DNA of 64,000 bases from the NCBI GenBank assembly GCA_964016885.1, contig OZ024741.1:84568001-84632000 (forward strand), in the 5' to 3' direction. Of this stretch, positions 1 through 16,504 are shown piece after piece (within the stretch, counting starts at the first letter, position 1; the number at the start of each line of letters is the position of its first letter). The position numbers were made by a program, and so were the translations under genes. Under the pieces are notes generated by a model, which worked only from the letters and a program-made list of their open reading frames with translations, did no database searches and was not told the origin of the DNA. The DNA is from Eledone cirrhosa. Taxonomy: Eukaryota.

Positions 1-428
1 CACTTCCATCAACGATAAACAGATCAAACACAAACATACACAGACAGAGGAAATAAGGTACAAGAACGACACAGACAAATAACTTGGATAGTCAATAGCC
101 GAACAAATACGTTATTAGAAACGGAATAAGTGAACAACAGAGTCGCTTGTGAGAAGTGAACTCACATTTGACGTCGGCTATTTAATCATGAAACCAAAGT
201 GCAACTCACAACTTGCCATTTTAAGTCTAATCTATTAGCCAGGTCATGTAAACAAAGACACAATTCTTTAACGAAGCTTTGAGTAGATTTGAATTGTGAA
301 AGTATGCTAGCTTATTGTTTGCAACTACAACGCAGGAAGCCTTTTGAAACCGCTGCTCATTCTATGATAGAAAATTGTTTATTTTTAAATGTATATAATT
401 ATATAAAATCATCCATCTTAATTTCATG

Positions 429-790
429 TAAGAACCTTTGTTAAAATATGTTCTAAACACCAGCTTAATATTAAGAAAGTTATTTTACCTAATATCTATA
501 AATGTTTGATTATTTTCAAAATTATTTGAAAATCATATGAAGTCTTTTTCAATAGAAGTATGGTAACACACAGGTTAAACTGTTTATATTTATATAAAAG
601 CATTTCATAATAAGTTTACTTAAGAACCTTTGTTAAGGTATGCTCAAAACATCAGGTTGTTAATGACAAGGTTTGTTATATTACTAAATCTCTTCAAATT
701 CTTGATTATTTTTCAAAATTATTTGAAAAATCATAAGCTGAGTCTAACAATAGAAATATCGTAACAAAAGGGTTATGATACTTAGGAAAT
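429..790. repeat. Degenerate tandem duplication, about 190-bp unit
   Basis: taagaacctttgttaa...ttgattattttcaaaattatttgaaaa(a)tcata recurs at about 429 and 621; related pieces lie near 39560-39720 and 40020-40110. Confidence 0.6.
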
Positions 791-1619
791 CGGAGCACGC
801 ACATTAACATGGAAGTTTTGTAAGCTAATTGTTCCTTGTACAAATTGAAATCATTTCAATTTATTTGGTAGTGAATATCTTCTATTTACTAAACCCAATA
901 ACTCGATTACTTCAGTCGGTTTATATCATCAACATTTTCAAAACATGAATATATTTTCAAGTTATATCATTATTTCTCGTGAAAACATGCATGAAGTTAC
1001 ATGAGAGTTTTAAAAGCCTAATTATCAGTAACGTTTCATTTTTTTTTTTTTTACATTAGCATTTGTCTTTTAAATATTTTCTGTTCTTTCTTTAATGTAA
1101 TAATTTAGTTTAGAAATAATTCAGTGCTAAACGAAGATAATTGTTTACTAAAATCTATTTTGAATGATTCAAAATCAGTTCTAAACAGAAATTCTCGTGT
1201 ATACATCAAACTCAATATGTTTCAATTCTAAACATTAATTAAATATCAAAACCTTGAAGTGTTTATCTGTTGCATAGTTTAACTAAGAGCTTTAATAGAG
1301 GTAAAAATCAATCGCTGTATGTAAAACTTATGAAGAACTAAATAAAACGAACACCTTATATTTGATAGCGTTAATAATATCTTACTGGTTTTAGTCATGA
1401 GACTGTGGCCATGCTGGTGCACCCACATTAGAGGATTTTAGTAGATTCTCTTGAAAGCAGGATCAATTATTTTAACGTGGGTACTTATTTCATCGGCCCT
1501 TTGTCTCGAGCTAATATTCCTGATAATTTCATACGAATGATACAGTTCTATTCCTGTAGATGTAATTTCTCTATATAATAAATATGCTTATTTTCTACTA
1601 ATGTAATTTAATTATACAA

Positions 1620-2176
<557 letters not shown>

Positions 2177-2408
2177 AATATATACAGTATTTTCCGTTGT
2201 GTTGTAATATAAATATTACACACAGTAGATTGACAGCTCACGTAGAGTTTGCTCGACGGTTCCAGTTGTAGTTCCAAAAGTAATCCGGAGAAAAATAGAA
2301 AGATTTGAATGGATACAGTTTAGTTGAAAGGAATTTATTGACACGTGTTTCTATAACAGTTACATAACCTGAAAACAGCTGCTATCTACAAAGTATTAGT
2401 TATGCAGA

Positions 2409-2455
2409 CATTCAATATTTCAATGTTATTATTTACTGTCATTTCATCAGAATAA
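2409..2455 (-). ncRNA. Candidate minimal hammerhead ribozyme in PLE-1 pLTR
   Basis: CTGATGA-aatg..catt-GAAA-TA-TT; 4-bp stem II, weak stem I. Confidence 0.45.
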
Positions 2456-3049
2456 TATTACTGAGGACCTGTTTGGTTTTTATAGAGAATATTAGGAGGG
2501 AGGGGTGAAGTTGTCAGAAGAATAGTTGAGGGAGTGGTTTTTTGATAGCAGTGAGAATTTTTGGTGGCAGTGAGTAATTAGATTCCCATCTGTTGTTTTG
2601 ACATTTTTATAGAATATATTATTGGTTATTTTTCTAAATCTATAGAAGGATTAGAGATAGCAAAGATATGCGTGGTTGGTTTTGTGTTTGCACTTAATTA
2701 ACATTCAGACTTAAATTTTTCTTTCAAGTGTACGTATCCTTTCACCCACGCATTCACACACAAACATATTTGCACACCTCTACAAAATACATATACTCAC
2801 ATTCACATAGTAACATGTTCATACTTACATACATATACACTTGCATACATATATATATACACACATGTATTCATGTACATACACACGCGTTCATGTGTAT
2901 ACATTTTTATACTCAACTTATCTTTATATACACACGTATAGACACACACATATATATATACATACTCTAGTCTATGTGTATATATATACATATACATATA
3001 TATACATATATATACATATATATACATATATATACATATACATATATAC

Positions 3050-3102
<53 letters not shown>

Positions 3103-3384
3103 CACTTTAATACATGAATACACTTACATCTAACTATACACATCAAACATATATATATATATATATTTACTTATTTATATACATTTTCACATATATTTAC
3201 ATACTTATGGTCGCTTTTAGACACATTCATTATCGCATTTTTGCACCTATTCTCATCAGCATATCTTTCCATTATTAGTGTGGTAATTTGAGGTTATTAA
3301 TATACATATATATGTTGAGAAGAGATTGTTTTTATATTTTTCTAACTAGATTGAGGTTTATATAGTTGGGGGTATGTCCCTCTT

Positions 3385-5041
3385 TTATGTAATATTCGGC
3401 TTGTAGTGGGAAAAAAGGGTTTTAGTTCGGTGACGGCAGAATAATGTTCGTTCAATTCTGTTATTCAACAATTTCTTCTTGTGTGTGATTATGTAATAAA
3501 TCTCAAGATTACACAATTTGCAGAAATTTTGGCTCCTGGAAAAGCTTTGGGTTTTAGCTAATTTCTCCCATTTTAGGGTAAACTTTTGATCGCTATCCCT
3601 GAGCGTCCAAGCTTTTTCTGCTAAAGTTGTTACATTTCTTTGGCTCTGGTGTTTTATTGAGTAAGAATGCCTATATAATCGAGATTTAAACGATGTTGCC
3701 GTTGATCCCACGTAATACCACTCGTTGCCTCCGGATTTAATGGTACACTTATAAATAATATTTTTTTCCAGGCAGTTATTGCCGAGGGGGCAGTTGTCAG
3801 GATAGGTGCAGTTACAGTTGTGTACGTTGGGTTTTCTCTGGGGTAGTATTGCGGACGAACTTAGGTATGGTTTATTTATGTTCTGTAGTGTATTGTCTAC
3901 TGTTTTTTTTGTGTTCTTTGTACTTATGTTTTTAGTGTTTTCGTTTAACCTTCTAGTATTGATCTTTTTTATGTGTTGTTCAAGGTTTAACGCTGTAGAG
4001 TATGACAGTCTTATAGTGGTAGGGTTTAGAATTTTGTGGTATTTGTGTGATGTAGGAAAATGTCTCTTAATTATTTTAAAGAAGAGTACTGGTAAATTTG
4101 TACTAATGGAACTATTGTATTCGGGGTTATACCATAAGTACTCTTTGCATCGCTTTCTATTAGTTTTGTTTGTTGGTTTACTGGTGTGCATACTATGGTA
4201 GTAAGTGTGGTTTGGTGTTGTGTTATTATATCTACCTATGTGGGATTTATTTTGGGTGTTTTGATTGTTACCATCTATATACTCTATTTTGTTGAGGTAG
4301 CCTGCTTTACTAAGGGCGTTATCGTAGTACTCGGCGTGTTCCTTAAATACTTGTATGTTAGAAGATAGACCCCGAAATTCTAAGGGAAATATTTTTAGGG
4401 ATAGATTTAATTATAGAGATGGGGTGGTTAGACCCAACATTTACGTATTTGAGATTTTCATTCAATTTATGAAACGGTTTAATCAGACCAGAGTTTAAAT
4501 TGAGTGTGACATCCAGGAAGTTAACTACTTTAAGGTTGTATTCATATGTTATAGTTAGTCCTATTTCGAGTAGTAGTTTTCTTATATCTTTGCGTAGTTT
4601 TTCTAGTTTTTGGTTATTTAGGTTTTTAACTAGGAGGAGAACATTTTTCCTGGAGTCTAAAGGCGATAAATAACCCCACAATATCAGTTATTTCCGCCGA
4701 ATCGTTAGAGCCCATTGTTATGTCAAAGTTAGAGGGTTTATCTTTACGTACCCAATAACTGTTCTCGAATTTGACTATAGTTTTCCTAGCTTCTAATATA
4801 ATCTTAATTTCGTCGTTTGTAAGGTCAGAGTTATCCTTAGCAAACTTAATGGCTCTATTCAAAGTTTCAGGTAATATCGATGAGTAATATTCATCGATAT
4901 CAAACTGGATAAACTTAGATTTATTCTTATTGCTAATGCTATTAAACCATCTTATTGCTTCTCGGGTCTTCCCCCAGAGTTTAATGTTAACCTTAGCCTT
5001 AATTTGGGGGATGATACTATCTAAGATATATTTGCTTATTT
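3385..5041 (-). pseudogene. PLE RT plus GIY-YIG endonuclease, frameshifted and internally deleted
   Basis: FIQFDI..YYSSI, FDITMGSNDS, VNFLDVTL, CNC-x5-CPL linker, NIIYKC..YYVGST, CKLC..E..CRH; the YRDD segment is lost. Confidence 0.92.
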
Positions 5042-5329
5042 TATTACATAAAAGAGGGACATCCCCCCAACTATATAAACCTCAATCTAGTTAGAAAAAT
5101 ATAAAAACAATCTCTTCTCAACATATATATGTATATTAATAACCTCAAATTACTACACTAATAATGGAAAGATATGCTGATGAGAATAGGTGCAAAAATG
5201 CGATAATGAATGTGTCTAAAAGCGACCATATGTATGTAAATATATGTGAAAATGTATATAAATAAGTAAATATATATATATATGTTTGATGTGTATAGTT
5301 AGATGTAAGTGTATTCATGTATTAAAGTG

Positions 5330-5435
<106 letters not shown>

Positions 5436-6010
5436 TATATATATATAGATATATATATATAGATATATATGTATATGTATATATATACACATAGACTAGA
5501 GTATGTATGTATATATGTGTGTGTCTATACGTGTGTATATAAAGATAAGTTGAGTATAAAAATGTATACACATGAACGCGTGTGTATGTACATGAATACA
5601 TGTGTGTATATATATATGTATGCAAGTGTATATGTATGTAAGTATGAACATGTTACTATGTGAATGTGAGTATATGTATTTTGTAGAGGTGTGCAAATAT
5701 GTTTGTGTGTGAATGCGTGGGTGAAAGGATACGTACACTTGAAAGAAAAATTTAAGTCTGAATGTTAATTAAGTGCAAACACAAAACCAACCACACATAT
5801 CTTTACTATCTCTAATCCTTCTATAGATTTAGAAAAATAACCAATAATATATTCTATAAAAATGTCAAAACAACAGATGGGAATCTAATTACTCACTGCC
5901 ACCAAAAATTCTCACTGCTATCAAAAAACCACTCCCTCAACTATTCTTCTAACAACTTCACCCCTCCCTCCTAATATTCTCTATAAAAACCAAACAGGTC
6001 CTCAGTAATA

Positions 6011-6057
6011 TTATTCTGATGAAATGACAGTAAATAATAACATTGAAATATTGAATG
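6011..6057 (+). ncRNA. Candidate minimal hammerhead ribozyme in inverted arm of PLE-1
   Basis: CTGATGA 6016-6022, stem II aatg/catt, GAAA 6045-6048. Confidence 0.45.
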
Positions 6058-6168
6058 TCTGCATAACTAACACTTTGTAGGTAGCAGCTGTTTTCAGGTT
6101 ATGTAACTGTTATAGAAACACGTGTCAATAAATTCCTTTTAACTAAACTGTATCCATTCAAATCTTTC

Positions 6169-6200
<32 letters not shown>

Positions 6201-6380
6201 ATTGTTTCTACTTTTGGCACAAGGCCAGCAATTACCCAGTACATTACTGGTACTTTATTTTATCGACCCCGTAAGGATGAAAGGCAAAGTTAATCTCGAC
6301 GGGATTTGAACTCAAACCGTAAAGCGACGTAACTATGTTAGAAAGCATGGCGTCCGACCCTCTACCGATACTGCCAATTC
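6201..6380 (-). mobile_element. tRNA-derived SINE (octopus-type family)
   Basis: Minus strand has A box TGGCAGTATCGG, B box GAGTTCAAATCC, body gcctttcatcc..ggtcgataaaataaagtaccag; at least 6 copies in the window. Confidence 0.88.
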
Positions 6381-6588
6381 ACATATATACTAAGAGGATA
6401 TATGTATCGTAAGAGAGGATGAGAGATATATATAGAGAGAGAAAGAGAGAGGTGCATTACAGATTACTAAATACTGATAGCCGAAGCTATTAATTATTAA
6501 TTATTAATTAACGTGGGTAAAACATTATGTAAGAATAATATATATTTTGTTATAACGACTTGCGACAACCTATATCTATTCATTTGCT

Positions 6589-7357
<769 letters not shown>

Positions 7358-7364
7358 TATATAT

Positions 7365-8885
7365 ACTAGTTGACGTACCCAGCAACTCTAGGGGCTCCCA
7401 CCTAGAATAGTGACCCCTAGGAGATGGCTCATCTTCTGCTTGACTGTAAAACGTGTATCATTGCATAGACGTGGTTGTTCCATGTTTCTCAAAATGATGA
7501 TGGAAGTTCCAATCTTTTATATTATATGTAGTTATAGATATAGATGATTAATATAAAAGATGATGCTCAGCTAGTTCGTCTTCAACCATCGCAGCACGCC
7601 GTCGCTGCTTGGCTCCAGTGTTTCGTTGGCGTTGTTCAGCCAGCTCCTCTTCATTCATGTCAGCACGTCTTCGCCTCTGAAGTTCGGCGTTCCGATGGCG
7701 CTGTTCGGCCCGTTTTTCTTCATTCCTGGCTGCACGCCGTTGCCGTTGTAGTTCAGTGTTTCATAAAGTCAAATTGCTTTTACTTTCTGTGGAACGCTGC
7801 ACGCACGCACACACACATAAACATACGCGCACGTACATACACACGTACACATGGTAATAGTTACAGCGTTCACTTTGCCTCTCTGTTTCTTACTCTCCCC
7901 TCTCACTCCCTCATTGGCATTATGCTTATTAATTTAAGTTTGGCGTCGTTGAGGTGGGCGGAGTCGTTTTAAAACTATGAACCAATGACAATCGAGAATT
8001 ATGACACACGGAATACTGACATTGTTGAAATTAATATATACTAGCTGGCGTACCCAGCTTCGCCCGAGTAAATATGAAAAGAGAAGGCAGGTAAATGTCT
8101 GTATTGGATGTTTGTCTGGTTACAGTATGAGGCGAGTCCGTGGTATCTGTGTGATACAGAAAACATTAAAAAAAAATCTTCCAGATATACCAGATTATTC
8201 GTTGTACCGTTTTTTCATAGCGTATGAAAAATTCTAGGTGCTCCCACCTAGAATAGTGACCTCTAGGAGATGGTTCATCTTCTGCCTGACTGTAAAACGT
8301 GTATCATTACATAGACGTGGTTGTTCCACGTTTCTGAAAAGGATGATGGAAGTTCCAATCTTTTATATTATATGTAGATATAGATATAGATAATTAATAT
8401 AAAAGATGTCCGTCAATATAAAAAAAGTCCCTATTTACTCCCTTTACAACTCTGTGTATGTTAGACTGACAGACAGGCACACATACAGATAAACAGCGTC
8501 GCGATTGTGGAACGCCACACACATACACACATGGAATCGCGCACACGCACGTAAACTTACACACACACACACACTCACACATGTTGATGGTTTTTACTTT
8601 CTGTGGAACATTGCACGCACGCACACACATATAAACATACGCGTACGTACATACACACGCACGTATGTTAATAGTTATCGCTTTCCTTCACCTCTTATTT
8701 ACACACACATGTCTCTACACTGACACATATATCGTTCACACTCTCCCCTCTCACTCCCTCATTGGCATTATGCATATTAATTTCAGTTTGGCGTCGTTGA
8801 AGTGGGCGGAGTCGTTTGAAAACTATGAACCAATGATAATCGAGAATTATGACACACCGAATACTGACGTTGTTCAAATTAATAT
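7365..8885 (+). mobile_element. Duplicated non-autonomous Helitron/Helentron-like fragments
   Basis: Starts tactagttgacgtacccagc (7365) and tactagctggcgtacccagcttcgcccgag (about 8039), ends ttttatattatatgtagatatagat; 7395-7545 resembles 8240-8392 and 7780-8040 resembles 8590-8885. Confidence 0.5.
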
Positions 8886-9277
8886 ATATATATATATATA
8901 TACATATATATTATAGCCATCCACTCTCTCTCTACTTTTGCAGCTGTCACTTTTGTGAATTCCGCCTGCTATCACTTTCATTTTGTCCTTCCTAGTTCTG
9001 ATTTTGCGTCTAGCAAACGCGTTCCGTACCTCGCCCGCTCTGATCTATCCGTCTACCCATCTAATTGTTCATTTTCATTTCCGTCATTCCATCTTCTCCC
9101 TATGATCCACTCTACCACTTCTCTGCACCAACACACTCCCAGCCGCTTGGTAAGTCTTTACCCAACGACGTCATTGACGATATTTTCTGTTTCGGCAGTT
9201 TTCCTTTACGTTGAGTTTCAAATTATTCTATAATTTTTTAATGCACTCGCACTTCAACTCGATTTTTGAGACAACAC

Positions 9278-9396
<119 letters not shown>

Positions 9397-9409
9397 ACAC
9401 AAACACACA

Positions 9410-9463
<54 letters not shown>

Positions 9464-9512
9464 CACACACACACGTACACACATGTATATATACTCACAT
9501 ACACACACACAC

Positions 9513-9559
<47 letters not shown>

Positions 9560-9722
9560 TTGTTATACTTTGGGAGGGTCATGTTGCCAATAAGAAACAC
9601 ACGCACCAGTTGCTTTCACTTCAATTTATTATATATTTATAAATTTATAAATTTACAAATCTACAAACTTATAAATTTCTGGTTGGTTGGTTGGTTCCAC
9701 AACCAGATAGTTGTTTATATAT

Positions 9723-9767
9723 AGTCATAGTCCTTTCGTCACACACTCTGTGACCTCTTCAGTGACT
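9723..9767 (-). ncRNA. Hammerhead ribozyme motif, left arm
   Basis: agtca-CTGAAGA-g-gtcaca..tgtgac-GAAA-ggac-TA-tgact. Confidence 0.7.
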
Positions 9768-10048
9768 GGGGATTCCTTTCTTTGTTTCTGTGCCTTTCCT
9801 TTCTTCTATCCTACGCCATTTTGTTTCTGTGTGTGTGTTGTGTGCTCAGTTTGCGCATGCGCCACATCCGGGTGTCTGTGTGTGTTTGTGTTCATTTATC
9901 TATTTGTTACAAATAGATAAATGAACACAAACACACACAGACACCCGGATGTGGCGCATGCGCAAACTGAGCACACAACACACACACAGAAACAAAATGG
10001 CGTAGGATAGAAGAAAGGAAAGGCACAGAAACAAAGAAAGGAATCCCC

Positions 10049-10093
10049 AGTCACTGAAGAGGTCACAGAGTGTGTGACGAAAAGACTATGACT
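10049..10093 (+). ncRNA. Hammerhead ribozyme motif, right arm
   Basis: agtca-CTGAAGA-g-gtcaca..tgtgac-GAAA-agac-TA-tgact; 5-bp stem I, 6-bp stem II. Confidence 0.7.
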
Positions 10094-10779
10094 ATATATA
10101 AACAACTATCTGGTTGTGGAACCAACCAACCAACCAGAAATTTATAAGTTTGTAGATTTGTAAATTTATAAATTTATAAATATATAATAAATTGAAGTGA
10201 AAGCAACTGGTGCGTGTGTTTCTTATTGGCAACATGACCCTCCCAAAGTATAACAATATCGGTTTCAACACACGATTTCAGATAAAGAATCTTGCTAAAC
10301 AAATTCAGAAACGAAATATATATATATATATATATATTTGCATGTATGTATATGTAAGTATGTTTGTATAGAAATAATCAGACAGATACACAGAGTGTGA
10401 TATTTATTTACTTATTAAATCAATTTAAACGTCCGTATATAACTAATAAACCATGACAGTCTATGGGAAGTGTCGACTACTCCTTACAGTTGGTAATCAA
10501 AAGACCTAGTGGAACAAGTAATAAAAAAATATTAAAAAGGGGATAAAAACAGAAAAAGAAATAAAAATAAAAGTTTCAAATATTAAAGCGCAATGGGAGG
10601 CTGATAATGCATAAGAAAACGAAAAAGAAAAGAAAAATAGGAAACAGAGTGCTGTAAAAGAGCTAGAAGTTTCTGTTGTTGAATGTTTTCGAAGCTTCCA
10701 TTTACTGAAATATTTTAATTATATATGGTAGACCTTCAACCATACATTGAACTTCCATTCTTGGTAGTTCTTTTAAAGA

Positions 10780-11800
10780 TTGAATTCAATATGACCTCTC
10801 TCTCAGGCGGATAGTTTCTACATTGGAAAAAATAGTGCCAAATAATTTCTGGAAAGTCACCACAACGTAGAGGTGAATCTCAACGACCTCTTCTTCATAG
10901 AATGTAGTTCAAAACTATATGACCAGTTCGAAGCCAGCATAGGATAGTTTTATTTGCATTACTCAATGCTCGATAAGTTTTGAATTTTGTCCAATCTGGT
11001 TGAGAAAGTGGTGGATTGAAATTTGTGAGTTTATCTCTGAATTTTTCACAAAATATTTCCCACCCTTGACTAATTATATGTTTGCTAAATGATTTTCCCT
11101 ACGAAAGATTTGGGATGTACTCTATATCTATTATTTCCCTTTGTGCTCTCTCTTTTACTAACTCGTCTGCTTTCCTATCTCCATTAGTATCTGTATGGCC
11201 CGGTATTCAAATCAATGTTATTTCTTTATTATTTTCTCGGTGGATTGGCAGTATCGGTAGAGGGTCGGACGCTATGCTTTGACGCATAGAGTTACGGCCC
11301 TTGCCATTCTGAGTTCGAATCCCGACGAGGTTAACTTTGCCTTTCATCCTTACGAGATCGATAAAATAAAGTACCAGTAATGTACTGGCTAATTGCTGGC
11401 TTTGTGCCAAAAGTAGAAACAATTATTTTCTGAGTGGAAGTTATCTATTTGTAGCAGATCATTCTCAATATTTCTAACCCGACACCTTTTTCTTGACTGA
11501 AGCAGTTCTAGCTTAGATAGACTATCAGTAAATAGAAAACCATTTTTCCAGGGCAATCCCTTAACTGAATCTATGGATAATGTCATTCCCCACTATTCTG
11601 CGTAAAATCTAGTGTAATCCCGATGTAATCTGAAGTTCATATCTCTATAATTATTTTTGAAATACCAAGTAACTCCACAATGCACCGCCTTATCTGAATG
11701 TGTCCCGTCTGTATAACAGACCCAGATGCTGAAAGAGATTGACTATGTGATAGTGTTATGGAGTTCTTTTGTTTTCTCGTTTGTGTTTAGATAGATAAAT
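10780..11800 (-). pseudogene. Decayed 3' part of an RNase H-containing non-LTR retrotransposon (I/Nimb/Loa-type)
   Basis: Minus-strand translation gives FLFTDSLS, EITLI*IPGHTDTNGDRKADELVK (RNase H WxPGH..GNE.AD.LAK) and RCGDFPEIIWHYFFQC (Cys/His knuckle); split by a SINE. Confidence 0.7.
11238..11421 (+). mobile_element. tRNA-derived SINE with 10-bp TSD
   Basis: A and B boxes; TSD attattttct at 11228-11237 and 11422-11431. Confidence 0.92.
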
Positions 11801-13100
11801 CTTAGTGTAAACGCATGCATGCATTATCTAACTTATTACAGAGAAGATGTTGCTGTGAACGGAAGTAAGTTTCTTTTATCTTTCCAGGTTTCTTCTGAAT
11901 TATGCAGAACATAGATATATTCATTGATTTGAAAATGGTAACTAAATTAGAAAGACAAAATCTATAACAAATTCCACAAGGCAAAAACTACAAGAAAAAA
12001 ACAAGACGACCAGAAACTCAACCACTACAACAATATCATCATTTTCTCCACTGTTACCATGGGCACAACTACAACAAGCTCAACATAATGTAAACACTCC
12101 TACACGATCTATGTCATTACTAGCATTACAAGCAGCCTACTAACCCATTGCAAACCATTTTCACCATAACCAGTGTCATCTTCCCCCTTTTAAGCACTAC
12201 AACCATAAAAAATAACAATACTGACACTGTCACCCCTACGCCAACATGCTGGAAGACTATTACTAATTCCCCCATTAGCAACATAAAAACAGCACAAAAC
12301 GGTAGCTCCAGCTTGACAATTACAGCCACAAACAACAACACAACACAAAGCAACCACTCTGCTACGGCTCTCATTATACCGCTGAACAGCGCCCCGACTA
12401 CTTACATCAAAACCCATCAAAGCAACAGTTCCAACTTGAAAGTGACTGCCACTTCCAAAACCACAACCACAGCAACCCGAAACACAATTCCACAATAAGA
12501 TCCACCAGCAAGATGAGAACCTTCCACAACTTACCTTATCTAATTACTAAATCAAACCTATTACTACCAACCTTCCACAAACACACTACAACAACCAAGC
12601 TAGAACAATCTTACTATTACGATCTTACTGTAACCTACCACACCATCTAACCATACCGCAACTAACAAAAATATCCCATCTTTCCACAACCAAATTACCA
12701 TCCAATCGTACCAAAACTAACCTGCCACAAAGAACCAGCCCCCACCAACCAAAACCAACCTACCACCAGAAGACTACCACACCACACCTTACCGCATGAC
12801 GATACTCCAATATAAATAAAATAACTTCGTAATTTTCTTTTGCGATCCAGTGCAAATAAGAGCAGCATTGGTAATAATTCTAAATGAAATAACTTTATCG
12901 AGTCACAAAAGATTCAATTATCTTTAAGAAAACATCATGAGGAATATGATCTTTTGTGAGGTTCTGCTATTACTCAGCAGTAATTTGATTTCAGATAAAC
13001 AAACCGTAAGACACACTACAACACTACATAACTACACACACACGCATACTGAAAGGATAGAGGCATATCCTTACATATACACATACCATGTATATAGGCA

Positions 13101-14630
<1,530 letters not shown>

Positions 14631-15103
14631 AGTGTGTGTGTTGCATATGTAGGAGATGCAGGTAAAGAGGAAGATAGAGAGAGGGTAAAGAGTAAGAAAG
14701 TGATGACTGAGACGTGAAGAGAAAGGGGGACAGAGAGAGAATTGAAATACAATTTCCAATATTCAATATATACATAAATAAAAAGGAAGATACACTTAAA
14801 AGAAATACTAAAAAAATCTTTAAAAACTTATTTAGGAAACAATCAAAACAGTAAGAAATTACCATGGTGTATAATCTTGTTTGAATTCTTATTGGTAATA
14901 TTTCCTTCCTTCCGTTCTTACTTCTTTATTTATCTAGCAATCTTCTGCAGGGGTTTCTATGACTGTAATTTCCATACAATAGAACGATACACATCTGAAC
15001 AATGCATTGTGTTAATGCACCTACAATGGCCTTAAGTCCACAAGTGAAATCGCTACACAGTGAATCGCTTATAAAACATAAGTGTGAAGGTAACCTAAAT
15101 CAC

Positions 15104-15160
<57 letters not shown>

Positions 15161-15239
15161 TAGAGATTGTTGCATAGTGTAATTGTAATTGTGTGTATAC
15201 TATGGCAAAGAAAAGGATGAGAGGCTCATGGCTGGAAAG

Positions 15240-15600
15240 TCTCTGATAATAGATTGACAGGATATGATGATATGTATAATTGATGGAACGCTAGATATGT
15301 AATCTCGGTCGGTTGATGAACATGAAATGTGGACATGTATTATTGGTCGATAATTGGACATGATATGTGAATATGTTTTATCGGTAGATAGCTGAAAATA
15401 TGTGGACATATATTCTTAATCGAAATGTGGACATGTCATGTGGACGTATATTATAGATGTATTGGTAGACTTCATATGAGGATATCTATTCTTGGTCGAT
15501 AGTTGGACATGACATATACACATCAATTATTGGGGGATAGGCGAACATATCTGGCCATATATCCTCGCTATAAATATCAATATGAGAGGTGGACATGTAA
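15240..15600. repeat. Degenerate minisatellite
   Basis: Recurring tggacat and ggtcgata words at roughly 30-60 bp spacing. Confidence 0.5.
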
Positions 15601-15932
15601 TCTTCTTTTAAGAAAGAATACTCTTCATCATCGGATATCATATTCTTCTCTCTAAAAGGACTTACTCCATTAATCTAGGAGCAGCTTTTTCTCATCGAAA
15701 GTATATTCGCCTCTATAGGAGTGTTTTACTACGACACTGAACAATATACTCTTTTCTATAGAATGGATTTAAGCATTATGCTACGCCTCGTTACTTCTCA
15801 TGAAAGACTAACACTAATATATTTTGTAAAATGTTTTATTCTATTTCAGTGCACACCCTGTATTTTATACTAATGCAACGTATTGAAGAATGCCTCATGA
15901 TTGGAATTTGCTAGATGGTGATTGCAGAAGCC

Positions 15933-15972
<40 letters not shown>

Positions 15973-16262
15973 CAAATGTCTGCTGGACACCGTTGATTGC
16001 AATTGTATATTTTGAAACATGCTTTATACCAGCAAAAAGTTATATTATGGGATACTTGGGACTGTTTTTCATTGCCTGATTTAGCGTAATCCCAGGTAGA
16101 TGATAATAAAACTGTATGGCTTATAAAGGAGCATGATTAGAAACTTAATTCAGTGACCAAATAGGTCGCGCAGTCAATTATCATACATATATTCTATTGC
16201 AAATAGAGAGCGCTCATTTGTTTCCTCATTGCTATACATATACATGAAATGAAGCACATACG

Positions 16263-16311
<49 letters not shown>

Positions 16312-16438
16312 AAAGTTATATTTAAATTGTTGTGTTACAACTAGTAAATATTTATAACTGATATAAAAGCACTCGACAAATATTTGGAGTATATTTACAA
16401 TATTAAATAAATGGAAACTATATTTATAAAACCATATT

Positions 16439-16504
16439 TATTTCATTATATATATTTCAGGGATAACATATTAACAATATGCTATGCCTTCCTCAGACAA
16501 AATA
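16439..16504 (-). ncRNA. Hammerhead ribozyme, 3' pLTR of PLE-2
   Basis: tattttgt-CTGAGGA-agg.atagcatatt/aatatgttat.cct-GAAA-tatata-TA-atgaaata; 8-bp stem I, long stem II, palindromic minimal stem III. Confidence 0.8.

Larger units (their letters stand above)
9557..10316 (+). mobile_element. ORF-less fold-back mini-element: about 700-bp near-perfect palindrome plus 57-bp tail
   Basis: Arms 9557-9907 and 9909-10259, 1-nt loop at 9908, one mismatch seen (9733/10083); (TA)n on both sides; HHR in each arm. Confidence 0.9.

Noticed and set aside
9561-10255. TGT...ACA termini suggesting a Ginger/MITE or LTR
   Set aside because: One-sided tail shared with 49551-49592, hammerheads and no distinct TSD fit a PLE-type origin better
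12148-12498. Thr/Asn-rich mucin-like ORF
   Set aside because: Lies in ACA/ACC low-complexity sequence with no splice or domain support
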